Source of the DNA: a bacterium
GTDB taxonomy: Bacteria > UBA8248 > JACPRG01 > G963555815
DNA: 64,000 nucleotides
Assembly: GCA_965261595.1 (NCBI GenBank)
Contig: CBDHDG010000004.1
Location: 704,001-768,000, forward strand
Reading direction: 5' to 3'
Below the pieces are notes generated by a model. That model did no database searches. It was not told the DNA's origin and saw only the letters and a program-made list of their open reading frames with translations. This document shows, piece by piece, positions 49,349 to 59,317 of this stretch; the stretch's first letter is position 1; each line of letters begins with the position of its first letter. The translations under genes and the position numbers were made by a program.

Positions 49349-50653
49349 ATGCGCCGCTGGACCGCAGCCGCCGCCGTTTACCGGGACAAACGGATCCTCG
49401 TGATCCTGTTCCTGGGATTCTCCAGCGGACTTCCCCTCCTGCTGACCTTCTCCACGCTGTCCATCTGGCTCAAGGAGTTGGGCGTCAGCAAGACGGCCAT
49501 CGGACTGTTCGCGCTGGTCGGGACGCCCTACACGCTTAAATTTTTGTGGGCGCCGCTGGTCGATCACCTGCGCGTGCCGTTCCTCACCGCCCGCCTTGGC
49601 CCCCGGCGAAGCTGGGCCATCCTGACCCAGCTCGCGCTGATGGCCGCCTTGGTCGGCCTGGGCTCGACCGACCCGCTCGAAGACCTCCGGCTCACCGCCA
49701 TCCTGGCCCTCGTCGTCACATTCTGCTCGGCGAGCCAGGACATCGTCATCGACGCCTACCGCGTCGAAATCCTCGAGGAGAGCCAGTACGGCGCCGGGGC
49801 GGCGACGATCGTATTCGGCTACCGCATGGGGATGCTGACGTCGGGCGCGGGGTCGCTCTACCTTGCGTCCTTCATGGACTGGTCCGCTGTCTACGCCGTC
49901 ATGGGGGCCCTCGTAACCGTCGGGATCGCGACGATCCTCCTCAGCCCCGAGCCGAAGCGCGGCGGCGTCCCCAAGCCGGGGAGCGGTCCGGCTTCCGAAC
50001 GATCGGCCTGGGCCGAGGCGGCCGCGTGGATACGGACGGCCGTGATCGACCCCTTCGCCGACTTCATGAACAGGCGCGGCTGGGTCCTCATCCTGATATT
50101 CGTCATTTTCTACAAGCTCGGCGACACCATGGCCGGGGCCATGGCGAACCCGTTTTACCTGGAGCTCAATTTCACGAAGATCGAGATCGCCAACGTGAGC
50201 AAGCTGTTCGGCCTCGCGGCGACGCTCGCGGGCGGGTTCATCGGCGGCGTCCTGGTCAACAAGGTCGGCATCCTCCGGGGCCTGCTGATCTGCGGCGTCC
50301 TCCAGATGTTGTCGAACCTGATGTTCGCGATCCAGGCGGCCGTGGGCCACAGCGTCCCGATGCTGGCCCTCACCATCGGCATCGAGAACGTGACGGGCGG
50401 CATGGGGACGGCGGCGTTCGTCGCCTATTTATCGGGTCTTTGCAGCGCCCGGTACACAGCCACGCAGTACGCCCTGCTGAGCGCCCTGATGTCGCTCCCG
50501 CGGACGATGCTCTCGGCCTCGGCCGGGTGGCTGGCCGATCACCTGGACTGGGTGACCTTCTTCCTCGTGACAACCGCGGCGGCGCTCCCCGGCCTTCTTC
50601 TGCTCTGGCGCCTGATGCGGCGGGAGCAGCTCTCGGAAGTCACGGCGGAGTGA
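49349..50653 (+). CDS. ampG: AmpG family muropeptide MFS transporter
   Basis: LGFSSGLP, KFLWAPLVD, SASQDIVIDAYRVE, TATQYALLS. Confidence 0.92.
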   Translation: MRRWTAAAAVYRDKRILVILFLGFSSGLPLLLTFSTLSIWLKELGVSKTAIGLFALVGTPYTLKFLWAPLVDHLRVPFLTARLGPRRSWAILTQLALMAALVGLGSTDPLEDLRLTAILALVVTFCSASQDIVIDAYRVEILEESQYGAGAATIVFGYRMGMLTSGAGSLYLASFMDWSAVYAVMGALVTVGIATILLSPEPKRGGVPKPGSGPASERSAWAEAAAWIRTAVIDPFADFMNRRGWVLILIFVIFYKLGDTMAGAMANPFYLELNFTKIEIANVSKLFGLAATLAGGFIGGVLVNKVGILRGLLICGVLQMLSNLMFAIQAAVGHSVPMLALTIGIENVTGGMGTAAFVAYLSGLCSARYTATQYALLSALMSLPRTMLSASAGWLADHLDWVTFFLVTTAAALPGLLLLWRLMRREQLSEVTAE

Positions 50654-50681
50654 GTCTCGGCGCACCCGCCCCGAGGAGCGG

Positions 50682-51902
50682 CTACTTCCCCGCCGGCCTC
50701 TCCAGCCCGAAAAGCTTCAGCGCGGACTCGCCCAGGATGTTCCGTTTGGCTTGTTCGGACAGGAACGGCAGGTCGTAGATCGTGCTGGGCAGATCGAAAT
50801 CCCAGTGGGGCCAATCCGAGGCGTAGAGGAGTTGGGTCTCGGCGTTGATCATCGCCAGGGTGGTTTCGAGACCCCTGCGGTCCGTTCTTTCCATGGGCTG
50901 GGAGGAGTAGTACATCTCGCGCATGTAATCGCTCGGCCGCCGCTGGAGCTCCGGCGCTTCGGACGTGCGCATCATGTACTCGCTGTCCAGCCGCTGCATC
51001 ATGAACGGGACCCAGGCCAACCCGCTTTCGATCCAGAGGACCTTCACGTCGGGGAACCGCTCGGGCATGCCGTTGAGGACCCAGTTGGTCAGGTGAAGCA
51101 TGTTCCAGAAGACGAACCCCAGGGCGTGGACGCCGATGAAGCGGCGGAGCTGGGCCATGGAGGGGTTCTCCCACGAATACCCCCCGTGAAACGCGAGGGG
51201 GAGCCGCCGTTCGTTGAGCGCGGCGTACAGCTTCATGTACTGGTTGTGGTGGACCGGCTTGTCCCGGACGCTGGTGACCATGAAGCCGACAACGCCGGGC
51301 TCGTCCGCGAACTCTTCGACCATCCGAAGGGCCTCGTCCGGCTCGCTGATCGGTAAGTAGAGCATGGATTTGATGCGGCCCTCGGCCTTCAGGATGTTCT
51401 CCACCATCCAGCGGTTGTAGGCCCGCGCCAGCAGGCACTCCATCTCGGACTGCGGGTGCATCCCCAGGTTGAGCATCTGCGTGGGGAAGACCACCATGTA
51501 ATCGATGCCGAAGCTCTCCATGGCGCGTCGCGTGAGAACCACGTCGCGGTGCACGTCTTTGTCCTCGACCTCCTCCCGCCGGTCCGAATGGTGGGAGATC
51601 CGGCCGCCGACATCCTGATACCGCATGCCCAGGTTGCCGTACATGCCGTACGGAGGCGCGCCCACGCGGGACTCGTGATACGCCTTCGCCTGATCGCGGA
51701 TCACCGGGTCTTCGATGAATTCCACCACCTCTTTCCAGGAAGAGACCTCGACGTGGTGTGAATCGATATCGACGATCACGTAATCCTGGAGGTTTCTTTC
51801 CTCCGCCTGCCGCCTCGCGTGCGCCAGGATTTCCCGCGTATCGGTGTAGACGTCGAACTGCTTGACCGGGAGTTCATGGACGGCTTTGGTTCTCGTCTCC
51901 AT
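50682..51902 (-). CDS. Amidohydrolase_2 family protein (dinuclear oxygenase-like)
   Basis: VDIDSHH, LAFHGG, WIESG, SQPME, ASDWPHWDFD. Confidence 0.85.
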   Translation of the reverse strand: METRTKAVHELPVKQFDVYTDTREILAHARRQAEERNLQDYVIVDIDSHHVEVSSWKEVVEFIEDPVIRDQAKAYHESRVGAPPYGMYGNLGMRYQDVGGRISHHSDRREEVEDKDVHRDVVLTRRAMESFGIDYMVVFPTQMLNLGMHPQSEMECLLARAYNRWMVENILKAEGRIKSMLYLPISEPDEALRMVEEFADEPGVVGFMVTSVRDKPVHHNQYMKLYAALNERRLPLAFHGGYSWENPSMAQLRRFIGVHALGFVFWNMLHLTNWVLNGMPERFPDVKVLWIESGLAWVPFMMQRLDSEYMMRTSEAPELQRRPSDYMREMYYSSQPMERTDRRGLETTLAMINAETQLLYASDWPHWDFDLPSTIYDLPFLSEQAKRNILGESALKLFGLERPAGK

Positions 51903-51944
51903 CACCCTGTCTCCTGAATCCGTCCTGAGACCGCGCGGGGTTGA

Positions 51945-52045
51945 TGGCGGGCAAGATGCCCGCCCCACCATTTTGAAAACACCGGCTTTCCATAAATTGG
52001 TGGGCCGGGCGTTTAGGTCGGTTGATCCCTTGCCCGGCCGGAAGG
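51945..52045. repeat. REP-like doublet element, copy 2
   Basis: GGCGGGCAAGATGCCCGCCCCAC ... CACCGGCTTTCCA ... TTGCCCGGCCGG. Confidence 0.7.
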
Positions 52046-52092
52046 AAACACGGGGGTCCCCAAATCTAATCCTAATTTTACGAAATATTACC

Positions 52093-52458
52093 CTAGACGA
52101 CGAGAAACACCTCGCCGCCGCGCACCGCGACTTCGCATTTCCTGATTTTGACGTTGTGATCCCCGGGGTGCTCTCCGGTCTCGATATCGTATTCAAATCC
52201 GTGCCAGGGGCAGACGATGTGGACGTGGTCCTCGGAATATTTCAGCCCCCGGCTGGTCTGGTCCGGGTTCAGGTTCTCCTCCACTTTCCGGATGATCTTC
52301 CCCTGGCAAACCGGCCCCCCCTGGTGGGGGCAATGGTTATGGAAGGCGCGGAAACCGCCGTTGATTCGAAACACGCCGACCTCATGCCCGTCCACGACGA
52401 GGATCTTCCGGTCCCCTTCCGGAAAATCCGCTTCGTTCCCCACGTAGATTTCAGGCAC
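52093..52458 (-). CDS. Rieske (2Fe-2S) ferredoxin
   Basis: CPHQGGP ... CPWHGFEY. Confidence 0.92.
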   Translation of the reverse strand: MPEIYVGNEADFPEGDRKILVVDGHEVGVFRINGGFRAFHNHCPHQGGPVCQGKIIRKVEENLNPDQTSRGLKYSEDHVHIVCPWHGFEYDIETGEHPGDHNVKIRKCEVAVRGGEVFLVV

Positions 52459-52706
52459 GCCGCGCTCCTCCCGCTCTCTCAACCACCCGCCGCCGCGATG
52501 AAGCGCCGTCAAGTTCCGGCCGCATACGCCTCTTCCGAAAACCCTTCCGCCCGTGACGGGCTCGAAAAGGGGATTTCCCTTTCGAATCACTTTGGCCAGG
52601 ATTTTAGTGCATCACCCCGCATCCGATCAACTGTCAGCCGATTAAAATTTCGGGATTATCCCTTGGGGAGAGACGGGTCGAAGGGTCTTCGCGGGGCGTT
52701 GAAGGG

Positions 52707-53723
52707 TTAAAATCGCGTCCCGATTTGAAAGCTCCCGATCACCGCGTCCCCCAGGTCCAACCGATTCCGGCCGCGATCATCATAATCCTCCCCTTCGAAG
52801 TAAAAACGGTCGAAGGCGAATCCGCCGCTGAAATCAACCCAAACGGAATTGCCCAGGGAAACCCGAACGCCCCCTTCGACCTTTTTCTCGTTATAAAAGA
52901 GCCGGTCATCGTCCCGGGTCCGATTCGCGCGCCGGTAACGCCGGCTCCACCAGAAGAAATCGGCGCGCCAGGTGAGCCGCCGGAACATCCGGACCTCGGC
53001 CCCGGCGTGAACCGTGCGAAGCAGGAGGTAAGTCAACCGGAGCTTGACGTTCCCCACCGGTTTCCACTCCGCGGACGTAATGGGGATCCCGAACAGGACT
53101 TTGGCCTTTCCGGAAGGCTCATACTGGTAGCTGACGCCCGGAAGCGGCAGGCCGTTCAGAAACTCCCGGTCATTCGAGTAGTTCAGGAAGAAGACCCAGG
53201 CGTTCCGAATCCCGTGGGGGACGCGAAGGAAGGCCGTCGCCTGTCCGGAGATCTCATCGGCGCTCGCGAAAGGCTCATCGCTCGGCGAACCCAGGGAAAC
53301 GCTTACGACCCCAAGCCACCGGTTCTCAAACATGCGCCGTTGCGTGAATCCGGCCCGCACGTCCCAAAGACTCTTGGGAAACCCGACGCCGGCATCCGGG
53401 AGAACAGCGTTCGTATTGATGTTTTGCGTATGGACACCCATCTGGAACGACAGCTCGTTTTGATGATCCTGCGAAACGGGAAATGATAACTTTCCATCCT
53501 GCTGCGTAACCAAAAATCCCGTCCCCTGCCCTTCGACCGTCCCGTCCGCATAAATCGTCGTGCGATACCGCGTATGAATCTTCGCCTTGCCGACAACGGG
53601 GTTCAACAGCATCAGGACCGCTCCCGGCTGAGGGGCCTGCCCGGACGCAATGGGCGCCCATGAAAAGATTCCAAACACCAGAACGATAAATATCGGAATC
53701 AAGTCCCGGATGGATTTCCGCAA
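52707..53723 (-). CDS. Putative outer-membrane beta-barrel protein
   Basis: Signal-like segment, amphipathic beta pattern, C-terminal Phe (GSFQIGTRF); start uncertain. Confidence 0.6.
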   Translation of the reverse strand: MRKSIRDLIPIFIVLVFGIFSWAPIASGQAPQPGAVLMLLNPVVGKAKIHTRYRTTIYADGTVEGQGTGFLVTQQDGKLSFPVSQDHQNELSFQMGVHTQNINTNAVLPDAGVGFPKSLWDVRAGFTQRRMFENRWLGVVSVSLGSPSDEPFASADEISGQATAFLRVPHGIRNAWVFFLNYSNDREFLNGLPLPGVSYQYEPSGKAKVLFGIPITSAEWKPVGNVKLRLTYLLLRTVHAGAEVRMFRRLTWRADFFWWSRRYRRANRTRDDDRLFYNEKKVEGGVRVSLGNSVWVDFSGGFAFDRFYFEGEDYDDRGRNRLDLGDAVIGSFQIGTRF

Positions 53724-53882
53724 TCTCGCCGTCTCCCATGCGATGGACGCCTTCCACGCCCGCAGAAAAATCCACAAGAGAATACAACGCAATCCAAGAA
53801 AACGGAAAGGCTTGCTCCCTTGGTGGGGCCTCTGAATGGCCAGGCCCCGTCGGCAACGGCCTTACCAGGCGATCCGCGCACG

Positions 53883-54740
53883 CTAACTCATCACCATAAA
53901 TCCCCCGCCTACGACGAAAACCGTCGAGAGCATGGTCCGGGGGGTGATGTGCTCGATTCGCTGGAGGAACCCCCGCGAAAGGAGCACGACGAGAAGGGGC
54001 CAGGTGTGGGCGAGGGGGGTGACGACGGTGATATCGCCCGTCTCCAACGCCCGGAAATAGAAATAAAGAGAGAGGGTCACGAACAATCCCCCCAACAAAA
54101 GGTAGGGCAACGCCGCCCGCTCCCACCGAAACCGCTCGCCGGTGGGGATCAGCGGGGCCAGGAGGATCAGAAACACCAACCCCGCCCAACTCTGAACCGC
54201 GGCACCGAAAACGGGCGCGGGCGCGGCCTGGAGCCCGAGCTTTCGGAAAACGGCCGTCAACGCGAGACAAACCGCCCCCAGGATGGGATACCCGAGGAAC
54301 CGCCAAGTCCGACCCCAGTGGGACTTCTCGAAGGACAGGGCCACGATTCCCAAAACGATCAAGAGGGTCCCCGCGATCACCCGTCCGGACGGGGTTTCCC
54401 CCAAATAGAGAACCCCGACGGTCGATGAAAGGAGAGGGCCCAGTCCGGCCGCCACGGCGCCGGTCCGGGATATCCCGATCCGGCGCGACCCCAAAATGAT
54501 AAAAAGCGCCGCCAGCGCCGGGGAGGCGACGCCCGCCACAACGAAATCCATCAGCGCGGCGGCGGGGAATGAATCGGGGATGGCCGCAAACGGAAGGAAC
54601 AGGCTCAACCCAATCGCGCAGATCCCGTTCGCCCACAGGTTCACGGAAAATGCGGAAGCGTACTGGACAGCGACCCTAGAGAACAGGTAGAAAAAGGCGA
54701 ATGCGAAGGCCGCCAGGACGGCCAAGCTCTCGGGATTCAC
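53883..54740 (-). CDS. EamA/DMT family transporter
   Basis: Two repeats of ~5 TM segments, LYLGE, ALETGDITVVTP. Confidence 0.88.
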   Translation of the reverse strand: MNPESLAVLAAFAFAFFYLFSRVAVQYASAFSVNLWANGICAIGLSLFLPFAAIPDSFPAAALMDFVVAGVASPALAALFIILGSRRIGISRTGAVAAGLGPLLSSTVGVLYLGETPSGRVIAGTLLIVLGIVALSFEKSHWGRTWRFLGYPILGAVCLALTAVFRKLGLQAAPAPVFGAAVQSWAGLVFLILLAPLIPTGERFRWERAALPYLLLGGLFVTLSLYFYFRALETGDITVVTPLAHTWPLLVVLLSRGFLQRIEHITPRTMLSTVFVVGGGFMVMS

Positions 54741-54958
54741 CCGCTCTCCTTCTCGATGGAAACTTTTTGCCGTCTCTAAACCCGACGGCCTACCTACCTG
54801 GGCGTCTTATCTTCAACGTGACTTCCAGATGTGGTCAAGTCGACGCGAATCTCCGAGACCGGTCCCGCGCAAATCCCAGAAGCGGCCGATCTGCAATTAA
54901 GAAGGCGAACGGACTCCTCGGCGGCCGTACGCAGGTTCCCATGAGGGAGAAGCGGCTC

Positions 54959-55774
54959 ATGAATCCAGAGGGAAAATGGCAGCTGAGCGGCGACGCCCCT
55001 GAGATCTACGATCGACAGATTGTTCCGGCTATGCTGGGACCCCTGGCAGCACCCCTCATCGAAAGGGCGGCGGTTCAGCCGGGAGAACGGGTGCTCGACA
55101 TCGCCTGCGGCACTGGCATAGTGGCCCGCACGGCCGCCCAAGCGGCGGGACCAACCGGTCGCGTGACAGGGCTCGACATTAATGAAGGAATGCTCGCGGT
55201 CGCAGTCACGCGCCCGCCCTCCGCGGAGGCACCCATGGCATGGCTCCGGGCGAGCGCGCAGGACCTCCCCTTTCTAAACGCTTCCTTCAATACGGCGCTC
55301 AGCTCACAGGGATTCCAATTCTTCCCAGACCGACCGGGCGCCCTGCGCGAGATCCGGCGCGTCCTAATGCCAGGGGGGCGCCTAGTCCTCAACGTTGTCC
55401 GCTCCCTGAAATTCAACCCGGTCCACGCCCTTCTCGTCGAAGCACTAGAGCGTCACGTGGGTCCGGAGGCGGCAGACATCCTGCGCAGCGGGTACACCTT
55501 GGGAGACGCGGACGACTTCCGCACCCTCATCGCAGGAGCGAAATTCCACGGCGTCGAAACGCATACCACTGAAGTGTGGGCCCGCTTCCCGTCCAGCGAA
55601 TCGTACCTCCGGTGGCACATCTCCGGGTCCCCCATGGCCGGGCCGGTGGCACGTGTAGACCCGGCGGCCCGTAATCGGTTTCTTGATGAAATGACCGAAT
55701 CGCTCCGGCCTTATCTGGACGATGAGGGACTAACGTTTCCACTCCAGACAAACGTCGGCGTCGGGTTCCGCTGA
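54959..55774 (+). CDS. Class I SAM-dependent methyltransferase (UbiE-like)
   Basis: VLDIACGTG, GLDINEGML, RVLMPGG. Confidence 0.9.
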   Translation: MNPEGKWQLSGDAPEIYDRQIVPAMLGPLAAPLIERAAVQPGERVLDIACGTGIVARTAAQAAGPTGRVTGLDINEGMLAVAVTRPPSAEAPMAWLRASAQDLPFLNASFNTALSSQGFQFFPDRPGALREIRRVLMPGGRLVLNVVRSLKFNPVHALLVEALERHVGPEAADILRSGYTLGDADDFRTLIAGAKFHGVETHTTEVWARFPSSESYLRWHISGSPMAGPVARVDPAARNRFLDEMTESLRPYLDDEGLTFPLQTNVGVGFR

Positions 55775-55825
55775 GACCATGAACAGCTGGGTCCGAACCA
55801 ACGGCGTGATTCTAAAAGGGACAGC

Positions 55826-56554
55826 CTACGCCTTGACAGACTCGGCGGCGGCCCCTTTCCGATCCGGCGTCCCGGCCAGGTAGGTCTTGGCCTCGGCGAG
55901 GGAAATCACGTCCGCGTACTTGGCGTTCATGTCGAACAGGTTGATGGCGTGGCTGGCTTCGCCCCGGTCGAAATTGCACTCCTCGACCAAGGCCACCTTG
56001 TACTCATAGGAGAAGGCGTCGATGACCGTGGCCCGGACGCATCCGCTCGTCGTCGTCCCCGCGACCAGGAGGGTGTCGATCTCCAGCCCCCGAAGCAGGC
56101 TCACGAGGGGCGTCCCGAAGAACATGCTCGGCTTCAGCTTGGGGACGATATAATCCCGGGACTCCGGGGCAATCTCCTCGACGATCCGGTCGCCCAGGTT
56201 ATCCCCCCGTTGGCCCGGCTCCATGGCCCGGCGATTCTTCGCCGCCCACCGGCCCATGTCGCCGCCGTCCGGCCGGAGGGTGTTGGTGGAATAGAAGATG
56301 GGCGTGTTTCGGGCCCGGGCGGCGTCGAGAAGCGCCTTCGTCGCGTGGATCCCCTCCCAGCCGCGCTCGCCGCAACTGTGATGAAACCTGACGATGGAAT
56401 CCAGGATCGGCTCGGGCTTATCGCCGACGAAGTTGTAGACCATGTCCACCACCAGAACGGCCGGCCGCTCGCCCAGATCGCCCTTCTGTGACAAACCCGC
56501 CGCTTCGAAAACTTGTACGTCCAACGGCGTCAGAAATTTATCCCAAACCGGCAT
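55826..56554 (-). CDS. Isochorismatase-family cysteine hydrolase (maleamate/N-carbamoylsarcosine amidase-like)
   Basis: LVVDM, KLKPSMFFGT, GTTTSGCVRATVIDA. Confidence 0.9.
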   Translation of the reverse strand: MPVWDKFLTPLDVQVFEAAGLSQKGDLGERPAVLVVDMVYNFVGDKPEPILDSIVRFHHSCGERGWEGIHATKALLDAARARNTPIFYSTNTLRPDGGDMGRWAAKNRRAMEPGQRGDNLGDRIVEEIAPESRDYIVPKLKPSMFFGTPLVSLLRGLEIDTLLVAGTTTSGCVRATVIDAFSYEYKVALVEECNFDRGEASHAINLFDMNAKYADVISLAEAKTYLAGTPDRKGAAAESVKA

Positions 56555-56575
56555 CGTCCGTTCTCCTTTCCTGGT

Positions 56576-57964
56576 TCATTCCGTCCCGCTGTCTCTCATC
56601 CGCGGGGCCACGAACTTTCCATCGCCCGGACGGGCGAGGATCTCCCGGTCCCGCATCGCGACCTTTCCTCTCCGGACCACCACAACGGCCCGGCCCTTGA
56701 ACCGGCGGCCCTCGAACGGGGACCAACCCACCCGGGACTCCATGTCCCCGGCCCTGACGGTCCAGTCCTTCTTCAAATCCACCAGCGTGAAATCGGCATC
56801 CGCCCCAATCCGGATGGATCCCTTCTGCGGGTGGATCCCGGCGATCTTCGCCGGGGCGGCGCTCATCAGTTCCACCAGCCGCGCGAGTCCGAGCGACCCG
56901 CTACGAACCCGCTCCAGGCCGATGGCCAGCGAGACCTCCAGCGCGGGATAACCCGTGGGCGCCTTCCAGACATCCTTCGAGCCGAGGCGCTTCTCTTCAG
57001 CCGTATGGGGCGCATGGTCGGTGGCGATGGCGTCGATCGTCCCTTCCGCCATGGCCTCCCAGTACAGGGGGATCTCACCGGCGGGAAGCGCAAAGGGCAG
57101 GCCGAGCGGTCCCACCCGATCCAGGTCCTCCAGCGTCAGGGCCACGGGCGGGCATTCCGCCGTTACCCTCGCCCCCCGCTTCTTGGCGCGGCGGACGAGG
57201 TCGAGACACTCCGGCCCCGACAAAGAGATGTGCGCCACGTGGAGACGCGCCCCGGCGGCTTCCGCCAGGTGAACGCACTTCGCCGTGCCCAGGACGGCCG
57301 CCGGAATCCGGCGCAGGGCGTTCAGGTCCCGCATCCGGTTTCGTCCCGCCCGGATCAGCCGCTCACGCTCCGCCGCCTCAATCCCAGGCGCGCCGGCATG
57401 AAGACAAACGGGCAGGCCCGCCTCCGCCGCCCCCCGAAAGACCTCATGAAGGGCGTCCTCCTCGGTGCAGAAAAGCTCGTTGAAATACGCGTTCCCCGGA
57501 ATCCGGGCGAGTTGCTGCTGATAGATTTTTATCCCGACCGCGCCCAGATCCGCGAAGGCTCGGTACGCGCCCGAATCGGTTCCGCCCGCCCACAGGCCGA
57601 AATCGCAAAGGGCCTTCGAGGCCGCCAGCGCGGCCTTCGCGCGGAAGGCCCCGGCCGTGGCGGTCGCGGGCTGGACGTTGGGCATATCGAAGACCGTTGT
57701 GAACCCCCCGGCCAGCGCCGCCCGGGCGCCCGTCGCGAAATCCTCTTTGTGGGTGAGGCCCGGGTCCCGGAAGTGGACGTGGAGGTCGATGAGACCCGGC
57801 AGGACGTGCAGGCCGCGCGCGTCGAGGGTCTCCCCCGCCACCGGGCCGAAACCGGGGGCGGTGAGGGCCGCGATCCGCTCCCCCCGGATCACCACGTCCG
57901 CGTCGGCCGGACCGGTCTCGAGAACGACCGTTCCTCCCCGGATCGCGAGATCGGGCACCTTCAC
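56576..57964 (-). CDS. Dihydroorotase/allantoinase family amidohydrolase
   Basis: DLHVHFRDPG, DMPN, AHIS, TDHAPH. Confidence 0.9.
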   Translation of the reverse strand: MKVPDLAIRGGTVVLETGPADADVVIRGERIAALTAPGFGPVAGETLDARGLHVLPGLIDLHVHFRDPGLTHKEDFATGARAALAGGFTTVFDMPNVQPATATAGAFRAKAALAASKALCDFGLWAGGTDSGAYRAFADLGAVGIKIYQQQLARIPGNAYFNELFCTEEDALHEVFRGAAEAGLPVCLHAGAPGIEAAERERLIRAGRNRMRDLNALRRIPAAVLGTAKCVHLAEAAGARLHVAHISLSGPECLDLVRRAKKRGARVTAECPPVALTLEDLDRVGPLGLPFALPAGEIPLYWEAMAEGTIDAIATDHAPHTAEEKRLGSKDVWKAPTGYPALEVSLAIGLERVRSGSLGLARLVELMSAAPAKIAGIHPQKGSIRIGADADFTLVDLKKDWTVRAGDMESRVGWSPFEGRRFKGRAVVVVRRGKVAMRDREILARPGDGKFVAPRMRDSGTE

Positions 57965-57976
57965 AGGGAGCCGCCC

Positions 57977-58819
57977 TCAGTCCTCGCGCCGATCCGCGCC
58001 GCCGTTCCCTCCGGCGTCGATCACCCGGACGGAGACGTTCTTCCGCGCGGGGCGCCGGTAGTCGAGCCGGTGCGGATGGCTGTACACGTTGAACGCCTGG
58101 TTGCGCACGTACCCGATGAGCGTGATTCCGATCCGTTTGGCCATCTCCACCGCCAGGGACGTGGGCGAGGTCCGGGAGATGATGAAAGGGGTCAACATGC
58201 GGGCCCCCTTGCGGAGCATCTCCGAGGAGATGCGGCCGGTCGAGACGAGGACCCGGTCTTTCGTCGGGATGCCGCGGGCCAGGGCCTCGCCCTGGATCTT
58301 GTCCACGGCGTTGTGCCGCCCGACGTCTTCGGCCGTGATGAGGAGGGCCTCCGGGTCCGCCGGACGGGTGTCCGCGAGGGCGGCGGCGTGAATCCCCCGC
58401 GAGCGCCGGTAAAGCTCCGCCGAGGCGTAGAGCGCCCGGATCAAGAGTTGCACCGTCTCGGGCTTCAACCGGGCGTCGGACTGAACAGGCGGATAATCGG
58501 TCATCCCGAGATGGAAGCTGACGCCTCCGGTGCAGCCGGTGGTGATGACCCGCCGGGTGGGGCGGCGGAACGGGACGTGCAGCTCGACGTCCGCCGTCGC
58601 GTCTTCCAGGTCTACGTCGATGGACTTCACCTGGTCGATGTCGGTGATGATCCGCTCGAAGTACAAGAAGCCCAGGACGAGGGTGTCGAGCTGGGTGGGC
58701 GTGGCCATCAGCGTCGCCAGCTCGACCCCGTTCACCATCAGGGCCAGGGGCGTTTCCTCGACGACGTGGATGTCCCCCGTCTCGAACCGGCCCCCTTTAT
58801 ATTTATAGACGTACGGCAT
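57977..58819 (-). CDS. fdhD: Formate dehydrogenase accessory sulfurtransferase
   Basis: EETPL, TGC, EDVGRHNAVDK, GRISSEM, PTSLAV. Confidence 0.92.
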   Translation of the reverse strand: MPYVYKYKGGRFETGDIHVVEETPLALMVNGVELATLMATPTQLDTLVLGFLYFERIITDIDQVKSIDVDLEDATADVELHVPFRRPTRRVITTGCTGGVSFHLGMTDYPPVQSDARLKPETVQLLIRALYASAELYRRSRGIHAAALADTRPADPEALLITAEDVGRHNAVDKIQGEALARGIPTKDRVLVSTGRISSEMLRKGARMLTPFIISRTSPTSLAVEMAKRIGITLIGYVRNQAFNVYSHPHRLDYRRPARKNVSVRVIDAGGNGGADRRED

Positions 58820-59107
58820 GGGCCTTCCGACTCCAATACCGGGCGGCCTGTCTCTCCGCTCCGCGATGCCTTCAGTGTATCATCGTCCAAATGAATTTGT
58901 TACCTGAGCGCTCCCGGGAGATTCCGCAAATCCGCTCGGCCTTCCCCCCTCCCCCTCCTCCCCCCCCTCCGAGAGGGTCCCCTCCGAGAAGGTCCCCGTC
59001 CGGCATGCCGTGTCATAATGGCCGGGTGTGCGGCCCGTTAAATCCCGAGGCGTGAATCGCGCCCCGCGACGGTCTCCCCGAATCCCTTTCAAACCAAGGA
59101 GTCAGCG

Positions 59108-59287
59108 ATGGCTGAAGACCTCAGGGCGGAACCCATTCTGGCAAAACTCAACGAGCTTCGGCACGACGCCGAAACCGATAAGGAAGACATGGAGTACATC
59201 GCGCTGCACCACGCTTTCTGCTTCATCTCTTATCAGATGAGTGAATTCGGGAAATACCTGAAAGAAGAGAATCAAAAAGAGGCGTGA
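59108..59287 (+). CDS. Small hypothetical protein (59 aa)
   Basis: AAGGAG RBS; MAEDLRAEPILAKLNELRHDAETDKEDMEYIALHHAFCFISYQMSEFGKYLKEENQKEA; absent from the ORF track. Confidence 0.7.
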   Translation: MAEDLRAEPILAKLNELRHDAETDKEDMEYIALHHAFCFISYQMSEFGKYLKEENQKEA

Positions 59288-59317
59288 GGGCGGGCGGGGC
59301 GATTCGAGAGCCGGCCT

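Noticed and set aside
58820..59030. Moco riboswitch upstream of fdhD; 15-bp tandem CCTCCGAGA(G/A)GGTCC
   Set aside because: No recognisable Moco-motif stems; the tandem has only two copies in low-complexity sequence.
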